Shown here: positions 37,362 to 47,725 of the stretch, one piece after another | Numbering within the stretch: the stretch's first letter is position 1 | How the letters are laid out: each line of letters starts with the position of its first letter | Source: Candidatus Poribacteria bacterium | Lineage (GTDB): Bacteria; Poribacteria; WGA-4E; WGA-3G | DNA length: 64,000 nt | Direction of reading: 5' to 3' | NCBI GenBank assembly: GCA_965262955.1 | Contig: CBDHGE010000001.1 | Location: forward strand, 3,875,295 to 3,939,294 | Notes under the pieces: model-generated | Told to the model about the DNA's origin: nothing | Seen by the model: the letters and a program-made list of their open reading frames with translations, nothing else | Databases searched by the model: none | Position numbers and translations under genes: made by a program

Positions 37362-38606
37362 TTACCCCCTTTCTTCGATCGTTTTGGCGAGGTACATGAG
37401 TGCTGATGTGCATTGTGCCTCTACCTCTGCCATTGCAATGCTGAGTTCTGCCTCTGAGCGCGCATGTAGCTGCAGCCGTTCTTCGGTGATTTTGACATAG
37501 CGTTCATTTTCTTCATCAACAAATTCGACCTGCTCCTCGCTCTCATTTACCACAGCGTAATTTAGAAGCCCATTTTGTGAGGTGACTTCATCTGTATGTT
37601 CTTTAAAACTCTTTTTTATCGCTAAGCCGTTGAAATTTTTGTAGAGTGCTCTAGCTGGGAGTTCGTCAGGTGAAAAGGATGGCGGTTGTGGCACTACCTC
37701 TGTGACGGATATTTCGGCATTTGTAACGATCTCTGGATTCATTAATACTTCCGTTGTCTCAGGATCTTGTGGTTCGGGTAAAGCCTGCTCAACACGGGTT
37801 TCTATTGCCGTTTCTGTCGCGTCTGGATGCAGAATCGCCGATTTAGTATCTTTATTTTTCTTGGGGTTGCGATCTACATTGGCGTCTGAGAAAACAGAAA
37901 TTTCTTGAGACGTATCTGCTTCTAAATCTTCGTGTTCCAATACATCCGTAAGAATCTCTTTGACCCCATCCCTCCACTCAATAATTAAATCTTGTTCTTC
38001 CACAAGCACACGTAACGTTTCGATCCCGATGCTTTGAATCATTGGGTGAAATGCTAATATTTCGGACGGTGCTGCCTCAAAAAGGGAACGGGTAACAAAA
38101 GCGACTTCTGCGAATTTCTGGTTGCCTGTCAACCTGAGACGGGTTTCACATGCTGTGAGCGCCTGTCCGAGTTGCTGCATGAATTCCGGTGTGACCAGAT
38201 GTGGTAAGACCTCTAACCGAAAACTTTCACATGCCTGTTCTGCTTCGGGTGTTGAAGCAGATTGCTCCTTAATTGCTGCTTCATCCAATACATTTGTTGC
38301 GGAAATCGGACTGTCTTCGACTAATTTATTTGTATCTGGACTGTCTGCTCCATAGTCGTTGAGCAATTCCATTACCCGTGTATACATCAGTTCTGGGTCG
38401 AAAAGGATGCCCTCGAATTCAGGTTCAAGGAGCAATTTACGGCTCTCTGAGATGCAAGTATGTAAATGCTCTTCTTCTGATTTTTCGTAACGGAGCCTAC
38501 GTTGCTTTTCGATAGCAAGCTGCTTATGTCTGGATTTCTGGTCGCGCTTTCGCTTTTCACGTTTCCGCGCCACGTTTGCGGAGCGGCGTCCCTTTTTCTT
38601 AGCCAT
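37362..38606 (-). CDS. Hypothetical protein with a strongly basic N-terminus and acidic remainder
   Basis: 414-aa ORF. The first 45 or so residues are K/R-rich (MAKKKGRRSANVARKREKRKRDQKSRHKQ...) and the rest is E/D-rich. No family was recognised. Confidence 0.6.
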   Translation of the reverse strand: MAKKKGRRSANVARKREKRKRDQKSRHKQLAIEKQRRLRYEKSEEEHLHTCISESRKLLLEPEFEGILFDPELMYTRVMELLNDYGADSPDTNKLVEDSPISATNVLDEAAIKEQSASTPEAEQACESFRLEVLPHLVTPEFMQQLGQALTACETRLRLTGNQKFAEVAFVTRSLFEAAPSEILAFHPMIQSIGIETLRVLVEEQDLIIEWRDGVKEILTDVLEHEDLEADTSQEISVFSDANVDRNPKKNKDTKSAILHPDATETAIETRVEQALPEPQDPETTEVLMNPEIVTNAEISVTEVVPQPPSFSPDELPARALYKNFNGLAIKKSFKEHTDEVTSQNGLLNYAVVNESEEQVEFVDEENERYVKITEERLQLHARSEAELSIAMAEVEAQCTSALMYLAKTIEERG

Positions 38607-38835
38607 GGTAATATCTTTGTGCTATTACTAATGTAGTTTTTGATGAATGCTTCAACGACTGTTTCGTATTCCAAACAGTGTATACACTAAAGTTAGCATG
38701 TTGCTTTAAGTATATACCATCATTTTTTCATTGTCAAGTGTAAATTTCTAACATGAGTTTGGTGTAAGATCTTCTATCTAATAAAAAAATGACAATGCTT
38801 AAAATCGTTTAATGCGACAATTCTTGTGTTAGATA

Positions 38836-38884
38836 TTACAATTATTGTTACCAATTTGCTTAATCGCATAATATTGAGTATAAT
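38836..38884 (+). promoter_or_regulatory. Putative promoter for the first TonB-dependent receptor (TTGCTT-17-TATAAT) with an adjacent near-palindrome TTACAAT-T-ATTGTTA
   Basis: Palindrome at 38836-38850, -35 element at 38856-38861 and -10 element at 38879-38884. All lie in a 425-bp AT-rich gap. Confidence 0.4.
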
Positions 38885-39030
38885 ATAGTAACACTTTGTG
38901 AATGAGGCGTAGGTTATTTGCTGCGTTTTCTAACTTTAGTAGTTAATTTGTAAACAGTTATGTTAGTTTATCACTGGTTTTGAAATCGGTAGGAAATCTG
39001 GCGTTTACGCCAAAATCATAAGGAAAATCT

Positions 39031-41737
39031 ATGTTTTACAAAAATCATATTAAGCCGATCACTCTCGTGCTTAGCGTTATTATAGGCATTTTGGTGTGCG
39101 TCTTTGGAACAGTTATGGCAGACGATCACTCCGAAACAGCAGAGGAAACAGAGGCCACAAGCGAGGCTGAAGTAAGTGAGACTGAAGGAACTGAAGAAGC
39201 GTCCGAGGCAGAGGATCCTGTGAGACTGGAAAGCCTTGTTGTTGTCGGTACGCGTGCACAACCGCGCTCCGTCTTGGATTCGGCAGTACCGATTGATATT
39301 GTGTCAAACGAATCCTTTGAGAAACAGGGTGGTGCAGATCTACCGGATTTGTTGAGAACTTTGGTTCCATCTTATAACGTCAATACACAACCGATTAGCG
39401 ATGCGTCAACAGTGGTGCGTCCGGCGAATTTACGGGGACTTGCCCCAGACCATACGTTGGTGTTGGTCAATAACAAGCGGCGACACCGTGCCGCAGTGAT
39501 TCACTGGCTCGGAAATGGTCTGTCTGATGGCTCACAGGGACCTGACCTGGCACCTATTCCCGCAATTGCCCTGCAACAGGTAGAGGTCCTCCGTGATGGC
39601 GCATCCGCACAATATGGGTCGGACGCTATTGCTGGTGTGATGAATTTTCGATTGAAAGACAACTATGAAGGCGGTTCGTTTGAATTTAAACCCGGTATCT
39701 ACCAGTTCGGCGACGGTAGGCAATTTGCGCTCGCTGGCAATATCGGTTTAGGGAATCCAGACGCTTGGACTAGCCTCAGTTTTGAATACGGTGGTGCAGA
39801 TCCAACCATCCGGTCTGTCCAACGTAATGATGCTATAGCCTTGATTAATGCAGGCAATTTTAGTGTGAAAGATCCCGCGCAAATTTGGGGACAGCCGATT
39901 ATAGAGAATGATGTCAAATTGTTTGCCAACTACGGTGCCACCCTCACAGATAACATCGAATTCTATGGGCATGCCAACTACGCCCGCAAACGAGTTGAAG
40001 GTGGGTTCTATTTCCGAAACCCAAATACTCGTGGTGGTGTGTTTACTTCGTCGGGTGGCGATACGTTGCTCGTCGGGGATATGCGGGGTTTGACAGCCGA
40101 TATGACAGAGTGGGAAGCTCGAAAGCAGGCAGCCGAGGCTGCTGGACAGGAGTTTACCGAACTGTCGCCTCACGATGCTGATGATATTCCGATAACCAAC
40201 CATGTTCCTGATCCTGAACGGTTGCAAGCGGTCAAGAATGACCCGAATCTATTCACGTTCCAAGAGATGTTCCCAGGCGGATTCACACCCAGATTTGGTG
40301 CATTCATGTGGGATAGTTCCGTCGTCGTTGGTGTTAAGGGGGACGCCTTAAGGGAGACATTGGGCAAACCTTTGACCTGGGATCTGAGTGGCTCTTTTGG
40401 ACGGAACCATGCTGATTTCTTTATTTTCAACACTGTTAATGCTTCCCTCGGCCCAGATACACCGACATATTTTGATCCGGGCGACTATATCCAAACGGAT
40501 TATAACCTCAACTTTGATGTAACCTATCCGTTGCACGACATGGTGTTCCTCGCTTCCGGTTTGGAATATCGCAACGAAGGATTTGAAATCATAGAGGGTG
40601 AACGCGAGTCGCATCAAATCGGGCCCCTCGCAGCGCAAGGCTTTACTGCTGCATCCAACGGATTTTCAGGATTTAGTCCAGTTGCGGCAGGCAAGTGGCA
40701 CCGTTACAACGTTGCCGCCTATCTGGAAACTGAAATCAGACCGATTGATCCGCTCCTGATCGCGCTGGCTGTGCGCGGTGAGCAATTTGAGATTTTCGGT
40801 AGCACTCTGAACTATAAAGCCGCTGCGAACTACAAGATTACGGAAACGATGCGGTTGCGGGGAAGTTATAGTACCGGATTCCGCGCACCGACACCCGGGC
40901 AGCAAAATACGTTCAACATTACCACTGAATACGATTTTGAGAAGGGTGAATCTCGTCAATAAAGGAACAATTCCTTCCACCAACCCTGCTGTTGGCGTTG
41001 TAACAGGTAAGGAAGATAATTCGCTTGACCCCGAAACATCAAATAACTTCACAGGTGGATTTACCGTTGATATTTTAGGTGTAAACTTCACGATGGACTT
41101 TTTTGATATTCGGCTGAAAAACCGGTTATCGGTGTCACAACACTTTACATTGACTGACGCGCAGAAGGCGGATCTCATCGCTGGTGGTGTAACCAGTGCA
41201 GCGAATCTGCAAACATTCCAGTTCTTTATCAATGACTTCTCTACTACAACCAACGGTATTGATGCCGTCGTTACGGTCCCTATACCGAACGGAAGTGTTA
41301 TCGCTGTGTATAACTTCACGAACACCACAGTTACCGATCACAATCCGGCCACGCTGGACGATCATCGAATCAGGGAATTGCAAGAGAATTTACCCGCACA
41401 CCGTGCCAGCCTGACTGGCGTTTACTCCATAATGGATGCCTGGGGAGTGCTCGGGCGCGCCAGTTATTTCAGCGGTTGGTTTGATTCTGAAGATTACTTA
41501 CAGAATCCAAATGTGCCAGGCACTGGAGAATACACTGGAAGGGTTATTTTCGACTTGGAAACCACTTACACCGTGGGGGACGGATTGGCTCTCACGCTCG
41601 GTGGAAGAAATATCCTGAATACCTTTCCCGATGAAAATCCGAATGGTGCTGATTCTGTCGGCAACAAATATGGGCAATTCAGTCCGTTTGGGTTCGATGG
41701 CGCGTACTGGTACGCCAAAGTCGGATACGGTTGGTAA
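39031..41737 (+). pseudogene. TonB-dependent receptor interrupted by a single frameshift near 40943-40950
   Basis: ORFs 39031..40962 and 40937..41737 together are colinear with the intact paralog at 41842..44460. The join ...TTEYDFEKG / NLVNKGTIPST matches the paralog's TTEFGENNTLVNKGTIPST. This could equally be a sequencing error. Confidence 0.75.
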
Positions 41738-41749
41738 AACCCATTTCAT

Positions 41750-41776
41750 GAAGGCACGGTTCTCAACCGTGCCTTC
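41750..41776 (+). terminator. Strong hairpin after the first TonB-dependent receptor (GAAGGCACGGTT-CTC-AACCGTGCCTTC)
   Basis: Perfect 12-bp stem 13 nt after the stop, followed by TCAATTTGC. Confidence 0.55.
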
Positions 41777-41841
41777 TCAATTTGCATCAACCCTCCTATA
41801 AACAGTCATATTTATCATAGCGAAAATAAGGAGTTTCATTT

Positions 41842-44460
41842 ATGAAAGTCGCACTTAACTTTCAAATGATGCTGCTTCTGATGCACGTTGTTATCGTGGT
41901 CTTTATAGGTTTAGTACCAGTAGCAGTAGCACAGGAAGTGGCACAGGAGAGTAGTCAAGAAGAATCAGAGGCGCAAACGGAATCAAGTGGTGAAGAGATT
42001 ATAACGCTTGAAGGTCTGGTAGTAGTTGGGACGCGTGCAAAGCCGCGTTCTGTTCTTGAATCTGCGGTACCGATTGATGTTTTACCGAGTGCAGATTTCG
42101 TCAAGCAGGGCGGCACGGATTTGCCTGATCTCTTGAGAAATCTGGTTCCATCATACAATGTCAATGCACAACCTATCGCTGATGCAGCGACTGTCGTCCG
42201 TCCGGCGAATCTGCGTGGATTAGCACCCGATCACACGTTACTGCTTGTTGACGGCAAACGTCGTCACAGGGCTTCTGTGATAGCTTGGCTCGGAAATGGA
42301 TTGTCTGATGGTGCCCAAGGTGCTGATCTTTCTCCCATCCCTTCTATCGCACTGAAGCAGGTGGAAGTCCTACGAGACGGGGCATCGGCGCAATACGGTT
42401 CCGATGCGATCGCGGGGGTCATGAACCTGCAATTAAAAGACAATTACAAAGGTGGATCTTTTGAAATCAAACCAGGTATTTTCCAAGCCGGGGACGGTCT
42501 TACGTACTCTTTTGCTGGGAATATCGGTTTGGGACGGGAAGATCTCTGGACGAACCTCAGTTTAGAATATGGTGGCATGAATGAGACAGATCGCTCCATA
42601 CAACGAGATGATGCCTCTGCACTCATTGGTGCTGGAAACACAGATGTCGCAGACCCCGCTCAGCCTTGGGGACACCCTATAATTAGAAACGACATCAAAC
42701 TTTTCGCGAACTATGGAGCAAGCATTGCTGAAGGTATTAACTTCTATGGTCATGCAAACTATGCCCAGAAAGAGGTTGAAGGCGGTTTCTACTTCCGAAA
42801 TCCCAATACCCGCGGAGCAGTCTTTAGTAATGATGGTGGAGAAACCTTGCTCGTTGGGCGTTTGTCGGGTACAGGCGAGATTCCAGTCGTCAAGATAACC
42901 AACAACGTACCGGATCCAGTTGCCTTAAAGCAGGTCTTTGATGACCCGAATCTTTTCACCTTCCAAGAGATGTTTCCCGGTGGATTTACCCCTCGCTTCG
43001 GAGCAGACACACAAGATGCATCCCTCCTCGTTGGATTCAAAGGCACAGTCGTAGAGAATGTGGGATGGGATTTGAGTGCCTCTTATGGTCGACACGCTTC
43101 TGATTTCTTTATCAGAAATACGGTCAATGCCTCGCTTGGACCAGACACTCCAACCGAATTTGACCCTGGCAATTATATCCAAGCCGATACTAACATTAAT
43201 CTTGACTTAACCTATCCACTGCACGACTTGGTATTCCTCGCCTCTGGCTTAGAATACCGAACAGAGACCTTTGAGATTATACACGGACAGATTGAGTCTT
43301 GGGAAATCGGTCCGTTGGCAAGTCAAGGGTTTAGTTCAGGTTCTAACGGTTTTCCTGGCTTCAGCGATATTGCTGAAGGAAGTTGGACACGATCTAACTT
43401 TGCTGGATATTTGGAAAGTCAATTAAATCCTTTAGACTTTTGGACGATTAATGCTGCAGTCCGTGGTGAATATTTCGATGATTTTGGTAGCACAATCAAC
43501 TACAAAATTGCGACGAACTATGGTATTGCTGACACACTTAAAGAATTTCTTTCGGTTGATCCGATTATTGATTTGAGAGTGCGCGGCGGTTACAGTACCG
43601 GTTTCCGGGCACCGACACCGGGACAGCAGAACGCCTTTAACGTCACAACAGAATTCGGCGAAAACAATACATTAGTCAATAAGGGGACGATTCCTTCTAC
43701 ACATGCCGCCGCAAGTCTGGTGGGCGGTAAGCAACTTGAACCCGAAAAGTCAAAGAACTTCACGGTTGGAACGGTTGTTGATCACACTATTGCCAGTATC
43801 ACTGTTGACTATTTTAACATTAAGGTAGAGGATCGGTTGGCACCGTCAAAGGATTTCAATCGCGGTACAGACATTACGGAAGTTCAGATCCAGCAGCTTG
43901 TCGCTGAAGGTATCACAAGTGCTGAGAACTTACAGGAATTTCGTTTCTTCACCAATGAATTTGAAACAAGTACCCAAGGAATCGATGTGATTCTCACTGC
44001 ACCAGTGCTCAGCGGGGCACTGAGTGTTGCTTACAACTGGACAGCTACGGAGGTGATCAAATACAATCCGCAGATTCTCAATGAAGTCCGGGTCAGACTC
44101 TTAGAGGAAGGCGTTCCACGCCATCGCGGAAATGTTACACTCACGCAAGCCATCGGTGATAGTTTGGGTGTATTGGGCAGAGTCAATTATTACGGTCCTT
44201 GGTACGAGAACGCTGTTGGTGAGCAAACCTATGATGGCGCATTTTTGGTGGACCTTGAAGTCAGTTACACTGTCATCGAAAACTTAGGAATCACAGTTGG
44301 TGTTAATAATGTGCTCAATGTTGAGCCGGACAATATCACTTGGTCAGATCCTGATATTGAGAACTTTACTGGAGCAATTGTTGGTAGACCCTTCGGTGAA
44401 TATAGCCCTTATGGGTTTGGTGGCGCGTTCTGGTATACCAAAGTTGGTTATAATTTTTAG
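41842..44460 (+). CDS. TonB-dependent outer-membrane receptor
   Basis: 872-aa ORF with a signal peptide, an acidic linker and a plug domain (LEGLVVVGTRAKPRS...VEVLRDGASAQYGSDAIAGVMN). The beta-barrel ends in an aromatic residue (KVGYNF). Confidence 0.9.
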   Translation: MKVALNFQMMLLLMHVVIVVFIGLVPVAVAQEVAQESSQEESEAQTESSGEEIITLEGLVVVGTRAKPRSVLESAVPIDVLPSADFVKQGGTDLPDLLRNLVPSYNVNAQPIADAATVVRPANLRGLAPDHTLLLVDGKRRHRASVIAWLGNGLSDGAQGADLSPIPSIALKQVEVLRDGASAQYGSDAIAGVMNLQLKDNYKGGSFEIKPGIFQAGDGLTYSFAGNIGLGREDLWTNLSLEYGGMNETDRSIQRDDASALIGAGNTDVADPAQPWGHPIIRNDIKLFANYGASIAEGINFYGHANYAQKEVEGGFYFRNPNTRGAVFSNDGGETLLVGRLSGTGEIPVVKITNNVPDPVALKQVFDDPNLFTFQEMFPGGFTPRFGADTQDASLLVGFKGTVVENVGWDLSASYGRHASDFFIRNTVNASLGPDTPTEFDPGNYIQADTNINLDLTYPLHDLVFLASGLEYRTETFEIIHGQIESWEIGPLASQGFSSGSNGFPGFSDIAEGSWTRSNFAGYLESQLNPLDFWTINAAVRGEYFDDFGSTINYKIATNYGIADTLKEFLSVDPIIDLRVRGGYSTGFRAPTPGQQNAFNVTTEFGENNTLVNKGTIPSTHAAASLVGGKQLEPEKSKNFTVGTVVDHTIASITVDYFNIKVEDRLAPSKDFNRGTDITEVQIQQLVAEGITSAENLQEFRFFTNEFETSTQGIDVILTAPVLSGALSVAYNWTATEVIKYNPQILNEVRVRLLEEGVPRHRGNVTLTQAIGDSLGVLGRVNYYGPWYENAVGEQTYDGAFLVDLEVSYTVIENLGITVGVNNVLNVEPDNITWSDPDIENFTGAIVGRPFGEYSPYGFGGAFWYTKVGYNF

Positions 44461-44487
44461 GGATCATACGTTTATTGTTTTACGTTA

Positions 44488-44510
44488 GGAAGCGGTTTCC
44501 AGCCGCTTCC
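44488..44510 (+). terminator. Hairpin after the second TonB-dependent receptor (GGAAGCGG-TTTCCAG-CCGCTTCC)
   Basis: Perfect 8-bp stem 28 nt after the stop. There is no T-tract. Confidence 0.4.
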
Positions 44511-44528
44511 TATCATGAAAGGAATTTC

Positions 44529-45731
44529 ATGCTATTTCAACAAAAGAAAACAACGCTCAGACATATAGCTATTTTCGGAGCGCTCGCTTCATTCTTTTTC
44601 ATGAGCGTTTTCTTTTTCAGTTGTGATCGTATTCAACAAATCGTTGCGCCTGAGGGATCGGAGATCCTGGATGATAAGGAAACATTCAAAATTGGTTTCA
44701 TTTATAGTCCGCCTGACCCCGGAACAACTCGGAATGGTGCTGAACTGGCAGTTGCCCTCGCGAATGAGGCAGGAGGAATCAATGGTCTGCCGATAGAACT
44801 TCTCATTAGAGACGACAAGGGAGATTCGTTACTCAGTGTTCAACACGCCGAGGCACTGATTGCCGCCGGGGTGTCAGCAATTGTAGGTCCTGACTACAGT
44901 AGAGTGGCTGTAGAGGTCGGAGCGGTTGTCCAGCAACACGGTGTGCCTATGGTAACAACCTATTCAACGAACCCTGAGGTTACTCGAAATGGGAACTTTA
45001 CGTTTATGGGTGCCTTCATTGATCCGTATCAGGCGAGTGTAATGGTAGATTTTGCCGTGCAAGAATTGGGGGCGATGACAGCCGCGGTCCTCACGGAAAT
45101 GGGTAATGCATACTCGGAAGGACTGTCGAGTGTATTCGTTGACGACTTTGCCGCGCAGGGAGGCAAGGTTGCTGTCCATCAATTTTACGAGTCAGGCACC
45201 ACGGATTTTACTGAGCAGTTAATGGCAATTGCTGCGGTTGAATCTGTTATTGATGTTGTTTTTTTACCGGGTTTAGGTTCCGAGTTCCCGATGGCAGTTA
45301 AGCAGGCAAGGAGCTCCGATATCGGTATTTCTGCTACTTTTTTGGGTGGAGATGGATGGGATCGACCAGACTTAATTGAAATTGGTGGAATGGCAGTTGA
45401 AGGCAGCTTCTTTGCGAATCACTTTTCACCCGGTGGTCAATTAACTGAAGCAGCGCATCGATTTGTTCAGGCTTATACTGCCCAATTTGGTATCGCACCC
45501 GACGGACCCGCAGCACTCGGTTATGATTCCACTACCATTGTGATTGAGGCAGCGCGTCGTTCTGTTGACGCAACTCCCCCAGCAATTCGAGATCGAATTG
45601 AAGCAACTCAAAATTACAGCGGCGCAACAGCCCTATCGCATTTCGATGAAAATCGACATGCAGTCAAAAGCCTTGTTATCAATACTGTCAAGGACGGAAA
45701 GATACAGTTCCATCAATTTATTGCACCATAA
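44529..45731 (+). CDS. Periplasmic substrate-binding lipoprotein, Leu/Ile/Val-binding (type I PBP) family
   Basis: It has a lipobox-like FFFSC, and the pattern FKIGFIYSP...GPDYS...TYSTNP is typical of LivJ-like binding proteins. The track's 44475 start reads through a terminator hairpin at 44488-44510. Confidence 0.8.
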   Translation: MLFQQKKTTLRHIAIFGALASFFFMSVFFFSCDRIQQIVAPEGSEILDDKETFKIGFIYSPPDPGTTRNGAELAVALANEAGGINGLPIELLIRDDKGDSLLSVQHAEALIAAGVSAIVGPDYSRVAVEVGAVVQQHGVPMVTTYSTNPEVTRNGNFTFMGAFIDPYQASVMVDFAVQELGAMTAAVLTEMGNAYSEGLSSVFVDDFAAQGGKVAVHQFYESGTTDFTEQLMAIAAVESVIDVVFLPGLGSEFPMAVKQARSSDIGISATFLGGDGWDRPDLIEIGGMAVEGSFFANHFSPGGQLTEAAHRFVQAYTAQFGIAPDGPAALGYDSTTIVIEAARRSVDATPPAIRDRIEATQNYSGATALSHFDENRHAVKSLVINTVKDGKIQFHQFIAP

Positions 45732-45795
45732 TACTCGCAATTATATGACACGAAGTTACTATACTTCGCATATTTCTTGAAAGTGAGGAATTGAA

Positions 45796-46626
45796 ATGAG
45801 CAATCAGAGCAGAGATGCAGAATATACAATGGGTCGAAGTGAAGGGGAAACTGAGCGTTTAATCGAACAGTCACAACTCTATGACAATGTGACACGGCGT
45901 TTCTTTCTCAGAAGTGGCATCGCAAATGGCATGAAAGTCCTTGATGTCGGAAGTGGTGCTGGTGATGTATCACTTACTCTCGCTGAATTTGTTGGACCCG
46001 ATGGAAGTGTGGTTGGTGTAGATGTCAACCCTGATATTCTCAAAACGGCGCAATCTCGAGCGGATGCTGCAGGCTTTACGAATGTTGAATTCATTGCTGG
46101 TGATATCCGAACGCTTGACCTTCCAAACGATTTTGATGCCGTTGTAGGGAGACTCGTACTAATGTATATGGCGGATCCAGCGGATGCACTTCGACATTTG
46201 GCAACACGCCTGCGTCCGGGTGGGATCGTCGCCTTTCAAGAGGCAGATTTTACGCCTTATACTGCTGCTTGGCATCCAGATACCCCCTTAGCAAACCAAT
46301 TGATTGAGTGGGGACGCACTGTGTTTGAGCGTTCAGGAGCACATCTTGAGATGGGGATGGAACTTTACAAAGCCTTTGTTGATGCTGGTTTGCCTGAGCC
46401 TGCCTTGCATTTTGAGGCACCCATGGGTGGTCCTGAGGACTGGCCCGGGTTTGAGTATCTCGCTAATAGTTTTAGGAGTCTCGTTCCGTTGATGGAGGCT
46501 TACGGCATTGCCACAGCCGATGAATTAGATGTGGACACGCTGGCGTCGCGTATACAGGCAGAAGTTGCTGCAGCAAAACGACCGATTATGTTGCCGCCGC
46601 ATATCACAGGGCATGCATCCCTCTAA
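45796..46626 (+). CDS. Class I SAM-dependent methyltransferase (tandem copy 1)
   Basis: 276-aa ORF with motif I VLDVGSGAGDVS, then VGVDVN, and LRPGGIVAF. Confidence 0.8.
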   Translation: MSNQSRDAEYTMGRSEGETERLIEQSQLYDNVTRRFFLRSGIANGMKVLDVGSGAGDVSLTLAEFVGPDGSVVGVDVNPDILKTAQSRADAAGFTNVEFIAGDIRTLDLPNDFDAVVGRLVLMYMADPADALRHLATRLRPGGIVAFQEADFTPYTAAWHPDTPLANQLIEWGRTVFERSGAHLEMGMELYKAFVDAGLPEPALHFEAPMGGPEDWPGFEYLANSFRSLVPLMEAYGIATADELDVDTLASRIQAEVAAAKRPIMLPPHITGHASL

Positions 46627-46644
46627 TCGTAAAAGGTTCCGGGC

Positions 46645-47505
46645 ATGGCGAAAAATCAATCGGAGAACTCGCATACATCAAATCGCGATGCCACCTATAC
46701 TTTAGGACGCACCTCACACGAGACGACACGCCTCATTGAGCAATCAAGAATTTATGGGGCGTCAACGACACGCCTCTGCAAACGCGCCGGTATCGCAGAA
46801 GGAATGCAGGTACTTGAAATTGGTAGTGGAGCAGGTGATGTCGCTCTTACACTTGCTGAACTTGTCGGACCGACCGGAAGCGTCGTTGGTGTGGATGTTA
46901 ACGCAGCTATTCTCGACACAGCGCGTCAACGTGCAGTTGATGCTGGCATGAACAATCTTAAATTTATCCCTGGCGATGCTCGAACGCTTGACTTCTCGGA
47001 TAAATTTGATGCGATCGTTGGACGGTTTGTCCTGATGTATATGGCTGATCCAGACATAGCATTTGCGAGACTTATATCACATTTAAAACCGGGAGGCATC
47101 GCCGCGTTCCAAGAGCCAGAATATACCCTCTATCCAGCGTTCTTACATCCAGATACCCCTCTCATGAACCGGCTCATTGGATGGATTCTGGAGGTCTTTG
47201 AACACTCAAGCGCACACCTTGACATGGGAATTGGGCTTTATCGCGCTTTTGTGGACGCGGGTTTGCCACCACCAGAGATGCACCTTGAGTCCCCGATGGG
47301 TGCCGCGGAAACTTGGGCGGGGTATCGCTATATGGCGACTATCTTTCAAAGCCTCCTTCCCCTTCTACTAAAATACGGACTTGCGACAGCCGATCAAGTT
47401 GGTATAGACACATTAGCTGAACGAATCCGTCAAGAGGTGCTCGTATCAAAACGCCCGTTCTTCTTACCGCTACATGTAACGGCGTATGCAACACTTTCAA
47501 CCTAA
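46645..47505 (+). CDS. Class I SAM-dependent methyltransferase (tandem copy 2)
   Basis: 286-aa ORF, colinear with copy 1 and roughly 55-60% identical by eye. Motifs VLEIGSGAGDVA and LKPGGIAAF. Confidence 0.8.
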   Translation: MAKNQSENSHTSNRDATYTLGRTSHETTRLIEQSRIYGASTTRLCKRAGIAEGMQVLEIGSGAGDVALTLAELVGPTGSVVGVDVNAAILDTARQRAVDAGMNNLKFIPGDARTLDFSDKFDAIVGRFVLMYMADPDIAFARLISHLKPGGIAAFQEPEYTLYPAFLHPDTPLMNRLIGWILEVFEHSSAHLDMGIGLYRAFVDAGLPPPEMHLESPMGAAETWAGYRYMATIFQSLLPLLLKYGLATADQVGIDTLAERIRQEVLVSKRPFFLPLHVTAYATLST

Positions 47506-47640
47506 ATTACCTGTCTTATCAGATACCCTTCCTGTGGAATGAAAACCTATAATAAGCGTCCCTCTAATCTCCCTCATTCTCTAATCCCGTGAATCTTGAT
47601 TCAGGCAACAAAAATCGGCTACTTACCAGTGATGGCTCAC

Positions 47641-47676
47641 AACTGAAAACTGTGAACCGAAAACTGAAAACTGAAC
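47641..47676 (+). repeat. 8-nt-periodic tract AACTGAAAACTGTGAACCGAAAACTGAAAACTGAAC
   Basis: It lies upstream of the rpsF promoter. It is preceded at 47584-47609 by ATCCCGTGAATCTTGATTCAGGCAAC, which resembles the ...GATTCAGACA units of the first 10 kb. Confidence 0.65.
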
Positions 47677-47696
47677 ATAATAAATTGGCTTTTTTG

Positions 47697-47725
47697 TTGA
47701 TATAGGAATCTAAATGTGGTATAAT
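47697..47725 (+). promoter_or_regulatory. Putative promoter for the rpsF-ssb-rpsR-rplI-dnaB block (TTGATA-17-TGgTATAAT)
   Basis: -35 element at 47697-47702 and a consensus -10 element at 47720-47725 with an extended TG. It leaves a leader of about 150 nt. Confidence 0.55.

Noticed and set aside
40930-40965. Programmed ribosomal frameshift in the TonB-dependent receptor
   Set aside because: There is no slippery heptamer or downstream structure at the junction (AAGGGTGAATCTCG). A mutation or sequencing error is a simpler explanation.
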